From positions 1,643 to 65,642 of the forward strand of contig JANXAU010000004.1 in assembly GCA_025061735.1 (NCBI GenBank): DNA of 64,000 bases, in the 5' to 3' direction. Shown piece after piece: positions 55,606 to 64,000 of the stretch (within the stretch, counting starts at the first letter, position 1; each line of letters opens with the position of its first letter). The stretch comes from Candidatus Bipolaricaulota bacterium. Lineage in GTDB: Bacteria; Bipolaricaulota; Bipolaricaulia; RBG-16-55-9; DRXL01. The position numbers were made by a program, and so were the translations under genes. Under the pieces are notes generated by a model, which saw only the letters and a program-made list of their open reading frames with translations, searched no databases and had not been told where the DNA came from.

Positions 55606-57110
55606 GAGGCATCGTGCGTGCGCTTGCGGTAGTAGTCTTGACGGTGGCGTTGACGCTTCTCAGCATGCCCGGTTACTCTCTAGATTGGACGGTCTTCGTC
55701 GCGCTGGTTCCGTTCTTTTGGGGTCTTCAGGACGCTACGATGCGCATGGGGTTCTGGCGCGGGTGGCTGGCGGGGACTCTCTTCTTTGGGGTGCTGTTGC
55801 ATTGGCTCTACACGCTCTGGGAGTGGGCTGGCTTTTTTATTGCGCTTGCGCATCTGGTGCTCTCGGGGCTGCTGGGGCTATCGTGGGGACTTTTTGGAAT
55901 GGGGTTTGTCTGGCTGGAGCAGCGTTATCCCATCGCTTCGTTCGGGGCTGTGCCTGCGCTTTGGGTAGTTCTAGAATATCTGCGCTCGTTGACAAAATTC
56001 GGCTTCCCATGGGGGTATCTCAGCGATGCGCTCTACCAGCGCCCGGAGCAGTTGCAACTAGCAGCCTTCGCGGGCGCATGGGCTATTTCTTTGCTGATTG
56101 TCTCTGTGAATTACTTGCTCTATCGCGCGCTGCGCGAGCGCCGTATCCATTGGGTGGCTCTCGCTGTTGTTCTGGTTGTGCTCAATACCGCTTGGGGAAA
56201 CTTTCAGCTCTCCCTGCAGACAGAAAAGAACGACAAAAGACTCCATCTAGCGCTGGTACATTCCAACGCGCCCCAACGCGCCCGCAGCGATCCTGCTCAA
56301 CTAGAGCGACTCCACTCGCTCTACATGGAGCAATTGCAGAATCTGGAAGGCGTTAAACCCGATCTCGCTATTTTGCCAGAGTCCATCTTGCCGACCTATC
56401 TGCTTCGCCATAGCGATCTCTTGAAAGACTACCAAGAGATCGCCCAACGACTGGCTCTCTCTTTGATTGTGGGCACGATTGACTACCGCGACGGGAAGCT
56501 TTTTAATAGCGCCGCTCTTATCGCACCGGATGGCCAGATCGCGGGCCTGTACGACAAAGTACAGTTGGTCCCGTTTAGCACCGAATATTTTCCGTTGATT
56601 GATCTGTTGAGAAGCACAGCATTTTCTCAATGGCTGGCAGATCTGCCGTTGGGAGCGCTCACAGCCGGCGAGCGCTGGGAGCCGTTGCGCAGCTCTATAG
56701 GCGCGATTGGCACGCCCATCTGCTTTGAGTCCCTCTTTCCCCAGATCGGTCGCGCTTTTGTGCGCCAAGGCGCGCACGCGCTTGCGATCATCACCAATGA
56801 TGCTTGGTTCAAAGGCTCTACGGCGCTAGAGCAACACTTTGCCAAGGCCGTCTTTCGCGCGATCGAGACCGGGCGTTATACCGTACAAGCGGCCAACGGA
56901 GGGATCTCGGGAGTGATTGACCCTCAGGGGCGCATTCGCGCGCAGACGCGCTCTCCAAACGAGACGGTCCTGCAAGCGGAGGTCTTCTTGCAGGACCGTC
57001 AGACGCTCTACGTCGGCCTCGGCGATTGGGTGGTCTCTCTCTGCGCGCTGGGGCTTATCGCTTTAGTGGTTGGTTCAAGAGTGCGCGCACGCTCCCCGGC
57101 GTCGCGTTGA
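55602..57110 (+). CDS. lnt: Apolipoprotein N-acyltransferase (Lnt-like, CN-hydrolase domain)
   Basis: An N-terminal polytopic membrane domain precedes a C-terminal nitrilase-fold with Glu (ILPESILP), Lys and the catalytic Cys (GTPICFESLFP). The GTG start overlaps the ccdA stop (ATGTGA). Confidence 0.75.
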   Translation: MRGIVRALAVVVLTVALTLLSMPGYSLDWTVFVALVPFFWGLQDATMRMGFWRGWLAGTLFFGVLLHWLYTLWEWAGFFIALAHLVLSGLLGLSWGLFGMGFVWLEQRYPIASFGAVPALWVVLEYLRSLTKFGFPWGYLSDALYQRPEQLQLAAFAGAWAISLLIVSVNYLLYRALRERRIHWVALAVVLVVLNTAWGNFQLSLQTEKNDKRLHLALVHSNAPQRARSDPAQLERLHSLYMEQLQNLEGVKPDLAILPESILPTYLLRHSDLLKDYQEIAQRLALSLIVGTIDYRDGKLFNSAALIAPDGQIAGLYDKVQLVPFSTEYFPLIDLLRSTAFSQWLADLPLGALTAGERWEPLRSSIGAIGTPICFESLFPQIGRAFVRQGAHALAIITNDAWFKGSTALEQHFAKAVFRAIETGRYTVQAANGGISGVIDPQGRIRAQTRSPNETVLQAEVFLQDRQTLYVGLGDWVVSLCALGLIALVVGSRVRARSPASR

Positions 57111-58302
57111 TCCCCATATTCGTGAGCTTGGTAACCGTCCCGTTTGTAAGATTGACTTTGTAGATCTGATACGTTCCATCTCGGTTGGAGACAAACGCGA
57201 TCTCGGTGCCGTTGGGAAGCCAGAACGGGTCGAACTCGTCGTGAGGGGTGTTCGCCGTAGATGAGCTGGCAAAGGTGTTCAAATTAACGATTCCCGATCC
57301 GTCAGCGTTCATCACTAACAGATCAAGATGCCCATTCTGGTCTGACGTGAAGACGATCTTGGTCCCATCGGGGGACCATGCCGGGGGCGAAGGCACGCCC
57401 AAGAACGGCGAGAGCGCGCCGTCGTTGATCGTCGCGCGATTGGTGAGGTTGACCAAATTGGTGCCGTCGGCGCGGATCCTCCAAATATCAAGCTTGGAAC
57501 TGCTATCGTTGGGCTTGACGAAGATAATCAGATTGGGATCTGTGGGGGACCAGCGTGGGGCGAAGGCGTTCTTGGGAGAGCTGATGGTCAAGCGCGTCTG
57601 GTTGGTGCCATCGGCGTTCATTTTGTAGATCTCGAAGTTTCCGTCTCGATTCGAAGCAAAGGCGATCTGGGTAGCGTCGGGCGACCAACTGGGCTGGATC
57701 TCCATGCTGGGACTCTGTTGAGTCAGATTCGTCTGCAGACTGCCGTCGGGGCGCATCTTGAAGATGTCAAAATCTCCGATGGTGGGCGGACTACTCAGTA
57801 TCAAGGGGGCACGCGCGAAGACGACCTCTCGTCGTCCGTTGACCGTAAGGGAAGGCCACAAGTCCATCCCGCCCATCGAGGTGATCTGCGCCTGGTTGGT
57901 GCCATTGCTGTTCATGCGAAAGATTTGAAAGAGACCGTTGCGATCTGTGGAGAAGAAGATCGTATTATCAAAAACGTTGATCGTTCCAGACGACCGACTT
58001 TTAAGCCCGCGATCGTCGGTCACCGTCAGAGTGACGACAAACGTGCCGGGCGCGGTGTACGTGTAGGTAACGGTTGCGCCCGTAGCATCTATGGTACCAT
58101 CTCCGTTGAAATCCCATTCGTACTGAGTGATCGAGCCGTCGGGATCGTGCGAGGCCGAACCGTTAAACGCTACTTTGAGCGGGGCTTCACCCGCCGTGGG
58201 TGTAGCACTGAAGATCGCAAAGGGAGTTTGGGCAACGGTGCAGCCAGTTAACGCTAAAGCAGCCAGCGCCAGAAGGATCATAGAGCGTCGTGATCTAGCC
58301 AT
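57055..58302 (-). CDS. Secreted lipoprotein with a PKD domain followed by TolB-like PD40 beta-propeller repeats
   Basis: It has a lipoprotein signal (LALTGC). A PKD motif is present (LKVAFNGSASHDPDGSITQYEWDFNGDG). Multiple xSPDGxxIxF repeats follow (WSPDATQIAFASNRDGNFEIY, WSPDGTKIVFTSDQNG). Confidence 0.7.
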   Translation of the reverse strand: MARSRRSMILLALAALALTGCTVAQTPFAIFSATPTAGEAPLKVAFNGSASHDPDGSITQYEWDFNGDGTIDATGATVTYTYTAPGTFVVTLTVTDDRGLKSRSSGTINVFDNTIFFSTDRNGLFQIFRMNSNGTNQAQITSMGGMDLWPSLTVNGRREVVFARAPLILSSPPTIGDFDIFKMRPDGSLQTNLTQQSPSMEIQPSWSPDATQIAFASNRDGNFEIYKMNADGTNQTRLTISSPKNAFAPRWSPTDPNLIIFVKPNDSSSKLDIWRIRADGTNLVNLTNRATINDGALSPFLGVPSPPAWSPDGTKIVFTSDQNGHLDLLVMNADGSGIVNLNTFASSSTANTPHDEFDPFWLPNGTEIAFVSNRDGTYQIYKVNLTNGTVTKLTNMGINATPGSVRALLNQPLKR

Positions 58303-58512
58303 CGTATACCTCCTTAAGAACTTCTCGCCGTTGCTATTGTAGATTACTTGCCTTAAAACTTTAAGGGATCAGATGGAAGCAGCTACAGGATTTTGGTTCG
58401 GCCTCTAAAGGACAGGGGTTTGTAACAGAGCTTACACGGAGTTGGTAGAATGTATAAATGAAACTTAGCAGACTGGGGAGGAGTATATACTTTTGAATTA
58501 CGGGGAGGATGC

Positions 58513-59070
58513 ATGGGTGAGGACGAATTGGTCTTGATACGCAAGTCGCTAGAGGGCGACAAGGACGCTTGGGGAGAGATCGTGAAGCGCTATAAAGTCT
58601 CAGTCTTTGGAATCGCTCTGGGCATCTTGGGCAATCCCGCCGATGCCGAAGACGCGGCTCAAGACGCGTTTATTCGCGCCTACCAGGCGCTGCATACGTT
58701 TCATCTCGACAAGCGTTTTTCTACGTGGATCTTCACGATCACGGCCAATCTGTGCAAGAACAAGCTGCGCCGAGATCGGCTCTTTGCCCCGTTAAAGTAC
58801 GTCACGCGGGCGACCAAGAGCCACCACAACCCCGAAGCGCGCCTTATCGAAGACGAACGCATCCAAACGATGCGAGAGGCGCTTGATCAATTGAGTCCCA
58901 AATATCGGATGCCCTTGGTCCTGAGATACTATGGCGATCTAGAATATAAAGACATTGCAGAGATGCTGCAGGTGCCAGAGGGAACAGTGAAGACGAGAAT
59001 CCATCGAGCGAAGTCTGAGCTTAAAAAATTGCTGGAGAAGAAGGGAGTGATCGGTCGTGCACGAACATGA
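58513..59070 (+). CDS. ECF-subfamily RNA polymerase sigma-70 factor
   Basis: Region 2 (DAFIRAYQALHTFH...FSTWIFTI) and region 4 (YKDIAEMLQVPEGTVKTRIHRAK) are present. Length is 185 aa. Confidence 0.88.
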   Translation: MGEDELVLIRKSLEGDKDAWGEIVKRYKVSVFGIALGILGNPADAEDAAQDAFIRAYQALHTFHLDKRFSTWIFTITANLCKNKLRRDRLFAPLKYVTRATKSHHNPEARLIEDERIQTMREALDQLSPKYRMPLVLRYYGDLEYKDIAEMLQVPEGTVKTRIHRAKSELKKLLEKKGVIGRART

Positions 59071-59578
59071 ACTTGAACAGCTCATCAAAGAGACGGTCGC
59101 TCAGCACACCGCCGCGTATCAAGACCGTATTGAAGATCTTGAGTATCGGGTTGTAGACGCCCTACCCGATCGGACAGCGGTTTTAGAGCCAAGACCGGCT
59201 TGGCCGATGCGCTTGGCGCTAGCGGCGACGGCGCTCGTGATCTTTCTGGGCGGCTTTTGGCTAGGGGGAACCCTTTCGGACGGGCCTCCTTGCGCCGATC
59301 CCGATGTGCTCTGCTTGGTCTACCCCAACGCCAAGAGCGTTGCCCTCGTGGGCCAACTGACCTACTGGGAGCGCTGGCCCATGAACGGCCCGGATCGCCA
59401 CGGGATCTGGTGGATACGACTACCCCGAAATTTGGAACCCGGACGCTACGAATACGGATTCATGGTGGACGAATACCACTGGGTGCATGACCCACGTGCC
59501 CGCGAGTTCGTCCACACGTTTGATAACAAGATCAATTCAGTGTTGATCTGGCCCCCCTCTCGAGGTGATTCCCCATGA
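59057..59578 (+). CDS. Putative anti-sigma factor: single transmembrane helix plus an extracytoplasmic CBM48/AMPK-beta glycogen-binding-like (E-set) domain
   Basis: It overlaps the ECF sigma stop. It has a transmembrane helix (LALAATALVIFLGGFWLGG). The C-terminal domain VALVGQLTYWERWPMNGPDRHGIWWIRLPRNLEPGRYEYGFMVDEYHWVHDP matches the CBM48/AMPK1_CBM aromatic pattern. Confidence 0.5.
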   Translation: MHEHELEQLIKETVAQHTAAYQDRIEDLEYRVVDALPDRTAVLEPRPAWPMRLALAATALVIFLGGFWLGGTLSDGPPCADPDVLCLVYPNAKSVALVGQLTYWERWPMNGPDRHGIWWIRLPRNLEPGRYEYGFMVDEYHWVHDPRAREFVHTFDNKINSVLIWPPSRGDSP

Positions 59579-60273
59579 AGTATCTTCACAGTATACTACT
59601 GATAACTCTGCTCGTGAGCGCTAACGTGCTGGCGTTGCGCACCGAGCAAGTGACCCCCCAGGACGTCTATAACTGTTTTCGGGCGCTCAACGTTTCGGAT
59701 CTGCAGTTTCTCATCAACGCTTACGACAAGGGCTTCAAAGACAGGCGCATCGCGCCGCAGACGGCGCTGACGCTCTGTCAGCGTCTTGCGCAGAGCGCCG
59801 CGCCGATCTCGTTGCGCGAAGGCGTTCTCAGAGTGATCGGCTTGGCTCTGATAGAAGAGCTGCCCGTCACGATGTTGGTGGATAAAGCGCTGGAGGGTCT
59901 AGCAAAAGGGGTCGCCCTCGAAGCGATCAACGACGAACTCGTCCAGCGCAAAGCGACTCTGGGCGAAGTGAAGGCGCTCTTCGCCAGCAAGGGCATCCGC
60001 ATCAGCTTGACGATTCGCTTTGGCACCGCGACATTGGAACTGACTTTGGAGGCCGTAGATACAGCCATCACGGAGGCCGCGCGCGCTTTGGAAGACTATG
60101 TGCGCGGCGGCCAGAGGATCGAAGACGCGGCGGCTATCAAAGCAACGGTGCAACGGTATTTGGCGAGCAATCGCGTTATTCCCCCAACGTTGGTGAGCTT
60201 TATTGACCAAGTCGTGAGCGCTGCGGAGTGGGCGCAGTTGGCCCAGAACGTGGCCAACCGTCTGAAGAGGTGA
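59575..60273 (+). CDS. Hypothetical secreted protein
   Basis: Signal peptide (MKYLHSILLITLLVSANVLALRTE) and coding-like composition. It overlaps the upstream stop by 4 nt. Confidence 0.45.
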   Translation: MKYLHSILLITLLVSANVLALRTEQVTPQDVYNCFRALNVSDLQFLINAYDKGFKDRRIAPQTALTLCQRLAQSAAPISLREGVLRVIGLALIEELPVTMLVDKALEGLAKGVALEAINDELVQRKATLGEVKALFASKGIRISLTIRFGTATLELTLEAVDTAITEAARALEDYVRGGQRIEDAAAIKATVQRYLASNRVIPPTLVSFIDQVVSAAEWAQLAQNVANRLKR

Positions 60274-60287
60274 AAGGAGTCTGGGAT

Positions 60288-61115
60288 ATGATGAGATGGC
60301 TGATCTGGCTCTCTTGGGCGGTGCTGGCGACGATGGCATTCTCGAGCTTTGGGGGGGAGCCGCGCGAGCTGGCGCTCGCTCCTACTGATCCCATCTTGCT
60401 CGCGGGGCGATATTATCGAGTCTCTCTCGCATTCCCCACCCTGGATCGCACGGCGATCATCGAAGCGGCCAAGCAAGCAGGATTCTCCGTGCGCATCGCC
60501 GAGGGCACCCGCGTCAGCTATTTTATTGGCACGACGCCGTGTCCCGATTGCACGCCGGAGAACGAACGCTCTCGCTTAGGATTTCCGCAATTATACGTGG
60601 ACGGCGCGCTCTTGTGGGTGCGCGCCGAAGAGGCGCTCGCGCGTTATAATCTCCGTCCCGCGACAGACGGCTATGAGCTGATCGTGGCTCCCAAAGCGAC
60701 CGCGAGCGCGTTGGCAATCTTAGGGGAGATCGGAGTCCGACTGGTGCAGCTTAAGCTCTTGCGCGAGCCGACGCTGCCGTTGAACGTCGAGCAGCTCAGC
60801 GTCGTCCCGGGGACGAAGCTACCCAAGCCCCCGGACAACGTGCGCTTGGATTCGCTGCTCTACGGGCTGATGCTCATGCCCGATTGGTACGACTTTGCTC
60901 TGCAGAATCGTCTGGAGCTTTGGGGACTGCGAGTGCGCGTGATCGTCGAATTGATCAGTCCTGAAGCCCAACTGTCTGCCGGGCACAATCTGATTGTCGA
61001 AGCCCGCTCGCCGTCGGGATTGATGCGCGTGCTCGTGCCCGTCCATCAGCTCGCAATGCTCGCCAGCGATCCAGCCGTCAAGCTCGTTCGACCACCGTTC
61101 CAACCGGGGAATTGA
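60288..61115 (+). CDS. Hypothetical secreted protein
   Basis: Signal peptide (MMRWLIWLSWAVLATMAFSSFGG). The start was placed at the internal MM. No domain was recognised. Confidence 0.45.
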   Translation: MMRWLIWLSWAVLATMAFSSFGGEPRELALAPTDPILLAGRYYRVSLAFPTLDRTAIIEAAKQAGFSVRIAEGTRVSYFIGTTPCPDCTPENERSRLGFPQLYVDGALLWVRAEEALARYNLRPATDGYELIVAPKATASALAILGEIGVRLVQLKLLREPTLPLNVEQLSVVPGTKLPKPPDNVRLDSLLYGLMLMPDWYDFALQNRLELWGLRVRVIVELISPEAQLSAGHNLIVEARSPSGLMRVLVPVHQLAMLASDPAVKLVRPPFQPGN

Positions 61116-61143
61116 AAGAATTCCAAGGAGGAGATGATCTACC

Positions 61144-64000
61144 GTGCGCAAGCTCTATCTCGTTGTAGCGCTGCTGACGGTTCTCGTCGTGAGCTATAGC
61201 AGCTCAAGCTGGATGCAAGAACCTCGAGATCCTAAACAAGCCCAGAAGCTCGATCACACTCCCAAAGTAGATAGCGTCCTGGAGCAGATTATCAAGCTAG
61301 CGGCTCAAGGGAACTCTCCCGCTGCCGCGCAAGCCGCCGCCCAAGCGCGCATCCCCTTGCGCGGCAATCAACTCGTTGCGATCGTTCAGCTTGGGGAACA
61401 ATTTGCAGACCCCACCGGCGAAGAGTACACGACTCTGTTGCGTTCTATCTCCGTCGTCGGGGGACAAGTGCTCGGCACTTCGAAATACGCGATCAAAATA
61501 CTGCTCCCCCTCGATATAGAAGCCGTCCGACGGATTGCGGCCTTGGGGTCTGTCAGTTTTGTCCGGCCCCCGCTGACGCCCCAGACGCTGGTGACCAGCG
61601 AGGGCGTCGCGCTCACCGGGGCTTCGGGCTATCACGCCAACGGCTTTCGCGGGCAGGGCGTCAAAATCGCCGTGATTGACTTGGGCTTCGCTGGACTCTC
61701 TTCGGCTCAGGCGCGCGGGGAACTCCCCGGAGGGCTGCAAACGTTTGATTTCACGGGCACTGGTATCGAATCCGGCACCAATCACGGCACGGCTGTTGCT
61801 GAGATTGTCCACGACATGGCCCCGCAAGCGCAATTGCTCTTGATGAAGATCGCCGACGAAGTGGACTTAGAGAACGCCAAAGAAGAAGCGATCCGTCAGG
61901 GCGCGAAGATCATCAATCACTCCGTGGGCTGGTTCAATACGAACTTCTACGACGGCACGGGGATTATCAACAATATCGTCGCCGATGCGCGCAATCGCGG
62001 AGTGCTCTGGGTCAATGCTGCCGGCAACTACGGGCGTCGCCACTGGCAAGGGGGCTTTCGAGATTCTAACAACGATCGCTGGCACGAGTTCTCCGGCAGC
62101 GATGATTGCTTGCGCATCACCGCCAACGCTGGAGATGCCATCTCTGTCTTCTTGACGTGGAACGATTGGCCCGCGTCACGAAACGACTACGATCTCTATC
62201 TGTTCGACTCGACGGGCCGCCAAGTTGCCCAATCCGAGCGCATCCAAAGCGGCACCCAAACTCCCACCGAGAATTTCTTCTATCAGACGTTTATCCCCGG
62301 GAACTTCTGCATCAAGATTAAAGCCGACGGCACCCCCGCCCCCAGGACCTTCTCGCTCTTCAGCGTCAATCACGATGTGAACTATCCCGTCCCTGCTAGC
62401 AGCATTCTCGCGCCGGGAGACTCCCCCAACGCCCTCACCGTAGGAGCCGTCAATCATCAGAATTGGACGACTGGCCCCATCGCTGCGTACAGCTCCCAAG
62501 GGCCGACCAACGCCGGCTTGAGCAAGCCCGATCTCGTCGGCCCCGATCGCGTCTCGACCGCGACTTATACAGAGTTCTTCGGCACCTCGGCCGCGGCTCC
62601 GCACGTCGCCGGAGCCGCCGCGCTCTTGCTCTCGCAGAATCAGTCGCTCTCGGCGGCTCAGCTTGAATCGCGCTTGAAGAGCGAAGCGATCCCGATGGGA
62701 TCGCCCTTGCAGTTCGGTTCTGGCAGGCTCAATCTGGCCCAAGCCGGGCCGCCGCGACTGCCCGATCTGATCGTCACAGGGCTGACGTCCAACCCCACCA
62801 GCCCGCGCGTAGGAGATTCGGTCACCATCAGCGGCGTCGTGCGCAATCAGGGAACGGGCGACGCCGGAGCGTTCGTCGTCGAGCTGCGCGACAGCGCGGG
62901 GACGGAGCGCCGCACGATCAACGGTCTCGTTGCGGGAGCTTCCGCAGGGTTCTCGTTCACGCGCCGAGTCAACCAAATCAACGAAACGTTCGTAGTCGTT
63001 GCAGACGCTCTCAATCAGATTAACGAATCGAACGAGAACAACAACACCGCAGAGCTGCGCGTGACCGCGTCGCAGCCGACGCTCAAGCCCGATCTGACGA
63101 TCACTCTTGTAGATTGGTCGCCGCGCACCCCGCGTGTGGGAGAGACTGTCAATTACACGGTCATCGTGCGCAACCAAGGGCAAGCCAACGCCGGGGCGTT
63201 TGTCACGGAATTGCGCGACAGCGCGGGTACGGCTCAACAGCCGTCGTCTGGGCTGGCCGCCGGCGCTTCTCTCAGCATCAGTTTCAGCCGGCGCATCAAT
63301 AACATCACGGAGACCGTGACGTTTGTCGTGGACGCGCTCAACCAAGTAGATGAATCCAACGAAGCAAATAATACCGCCCAGATTCGCGTGGACGCCCAGC
63401 CCGAAGCGCCGCGCAAGCCCGACCTGACCATCGCCGGCACGGATTGGTCGCCGCGCACGCCCCGCTTGGGCGATCCTGTCAATTTCACGGTTGTCGTGCG
63501 CAATCAGGGGACGGCCAGCGCCGGCGCTTTCTTTGTAGAGATCCGAGACAGCGGCGGCACCGATCGGCGTTCGGTCGCGGCTCTTGATGTGGGCAGCTCG
63601 CTCTCGCTCAGCTTCGAGCGCCGCCTCAACAACGCCACCGAACTCTTCACGATTGTCGTTGACCCCGACAATCGCATTGACGAGCTGAACGAAGCGAACA
63701 ACAGCGCCCAGATTCGCGTAGATGCCCAGCCCGAATCGCGCTTGCCCGATCTCTTGATCGAATCGCTCGACTACGCGCCGCGCGAGCTGCGCGTCGGCGA
63801 CGCCTTCACGACGATCGCTGTCGTTCGCAACGGCGGTAACGCCGACGCTGGCCCGTTCGTCGTGGATCTCCAAGACAGCGCCGGAACGACGCGCCAAGCC
63901 GTCTCTGGGTTACGAGCCGGAGCATCCGTGCGGCTCGATTTCCCACGACGCTTGAACAACGCCACCGAGACGATCACTATCACTGTAGACGCGCTGCGCC
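61144..64000 (+). CDS. Subtilisin-like S8 serine peptidase with at least 4 C-terminal CARDB-type repeat domains. Partial: it runs off the 3' end of the window.
   Basis: Manual translation from the GTG at 61144 (RBS AAGGAGG at 61125-61131) gives a signal peptide and the S8 triad motifs (VIDLGF, HGTAVAEIV, GTSAAAPHVAGAAALL). About 108-aa repeats follow, of the form PDLTI..SPR.PRVG..V...V.VRNQG...AGAF.V.LRDSAGT...ESNE.NN.A. No stop codon occurs in the window, so it is absent from the ORF track. Confidence 0.8.
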   Translation, partial: MRKLYLVVALLTVLVVSYSSSSWMQEPRDPKQAQKLDHTPKVDSVLEQIIKLAAQGNSPAAAQAAAQARIPLRGNQLVAIVQLGEQFADPTGEEYTTLLRSISVVGGQVLGTSKYAIKILLPLDIEAVRRIAALGSVSFVRPPLTPQTLVTSEGVALTGASGYHANGFRGQGVKIAVIDLGFAGLSSAQARGELPGGLQTFDFTGTGIESGTNHGTAVAEIVHDMAPQAQLLLMKIADEVDLENAKEEAIRQGAKIINHSVGWFNTNFYDGTGIINNIVADARNRGVLWVNAAGNYGRRHWQGGFRDSNNDRWHEFSGSDDCLRITANAGDAISVFLTWNDWPASRNDYDLYLFDSTGRQVAQSERIQSGTQTPTENFFYQTFIPGNFCIKIKADGTPAPRTFSLFSVNHDVNYPVPASSILAPGDSPNALTVGAVNHQNWTTGPIAAYSSQGPTNAGLSKPDLVGPDRVSTATYTEFFGTSAAAPHVAGAAALLLSQNQSLSAAQLESRLKSEAIPMGSPLQFGSGRLNLAQAGPPRLPDLIVTGLTSNPTSPRVGDSVTISGVVRNQGTGDAGAFVVELRDSAGTERRTINGLVAGASAGFSFTRRVNQINETFVVVADALNQINESNENNNTAELRVTASQPTLKPDLTITLVDWSPRTPRVGETVNYTVIVRNQGQANAGAFVTELRDSAGTAQQPSSGLAAGASLSISFSRRINNITETVTFVVDALNQVDESNEANNTAQIRVDAQPEAPRKPDLTIAGTDWSPRTPRLGDPVNFTVVVRNQGTASAGAFFVEIRDSGGTDRRSVAALDVGSSLSLSFERRLNNATELFTIVVDPDNRIDELNEANNSAQIRVDAQPESRLPDLLIESLDYAPRELRVGDAFTTIAVVRNGGNADAGPFVVDLQDSAGTTRQAVSGLRAGASVRLDFPRRLNNATETITITVDALR
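62761..64000 (+). repeat. Four diverged tandem repeats of about 327 bp encoding CARDB-like domains within the S8 peptidase gene
   Basis: Unit starts (CCCGATCTG / CCCGACCTG) are at about 62761, 63088, 63418 and 63745. Conserved nucleotide blocks include GTCGTGCGCAATCAGGG and CTGCGCGACAGCGCGGG. Confidence 0.6.

Noticed and set aside
62176-63897. 573-aa minus-strand ORF
   Set aside because: It is antisense to the S8/CARDB peptidase gene, whose + strand translation gives clean catalytic-triad and repeat motifs. Long antisense ORFs are expected at this GC content. Its translation is Arg/Ala/Gly-rich, low-complexity and motif-free.

Overview
This is a high-GC (about 60-65%) bacterial chromosomal window with densely packed genes on both strands and short intergenic regions. 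I did not see transposases, integrases or CRISPR arrays. Secreted PKD/FG-GAP/CARDB/beta-propeller proteins, VKOR+DsbA, ThyX and a possible sortase-type sorting signal suggest a Chloroflexi-like or similar lineage, but that is only an impression.

Confident housekeeping calls:
- a fatty-acid--CoA ligase (partial, 5' end of window on the minus strand)
- malate dehydrogenase, type I glutamine synthetase and YebC
- MurE, GMP synthase and ThyX
- a tRNA-Pro(GGG)
- the hrcA-grpE-dnaK-dnaJ operon, preceded by a textbook sigma70 promoter and a CIRCE element
- an OmpR-type two-component system, an ECF sigma factor, a CPA2 antiporter with a KhtT-like regulator, and a DASS transporter
- hypF-hypC-hypD hydrogenase-maturation genes, with no hydrogenase structural genes in the window

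Regions that deserve a second look:
1. A long array of overlapping minus-strand genes (29.8-37.0 kb): DsbA, VKOR, three unknown envelope proteins and an amidohydrolase.
2. A cluster apparently controlled by PepSY and a two-component system (44.2-50.0 kb): a PSCyt1 cytochrome-c/PHM-like copper monooxygenase fusion, a cupredoxin and a Tat-exported sulfite-oxidase-family Mo enzyme.
3. An orphan HerA/FtsK-like ATPase with a HAS-barrel N-terminus and no NurA partner (28.1-29.9 kb).
4. An unknown secreted protein with a perfect upstream palindrome, wedged between hypC and hypD.
5. An orphan CoxS-type 2Fe-2S protein translationally coupled to a Cu/Zn SOD that carries an LPxxG-like C-terminal sorting signal.
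6. A glycolipid-type cluster: two tandem GT4 paralogs, a GT2, an AlkP-family phosphodiesterase and a flippase-like membrane protein.
7. A lower-GC PIN/AbrB toxin-antitoxin pair plus a GIY-YIG-like gene near the tRNA-Pro.
8. An ECF sigma factor / anti-sigma (CBM48-like sensor domain) module upstream of a large S8 protease with about 327-bp tandem CARDB repeats.

Every functional assignment rests on motif recognition by eye in the translated ORFs. None has been confirmed by a database search.
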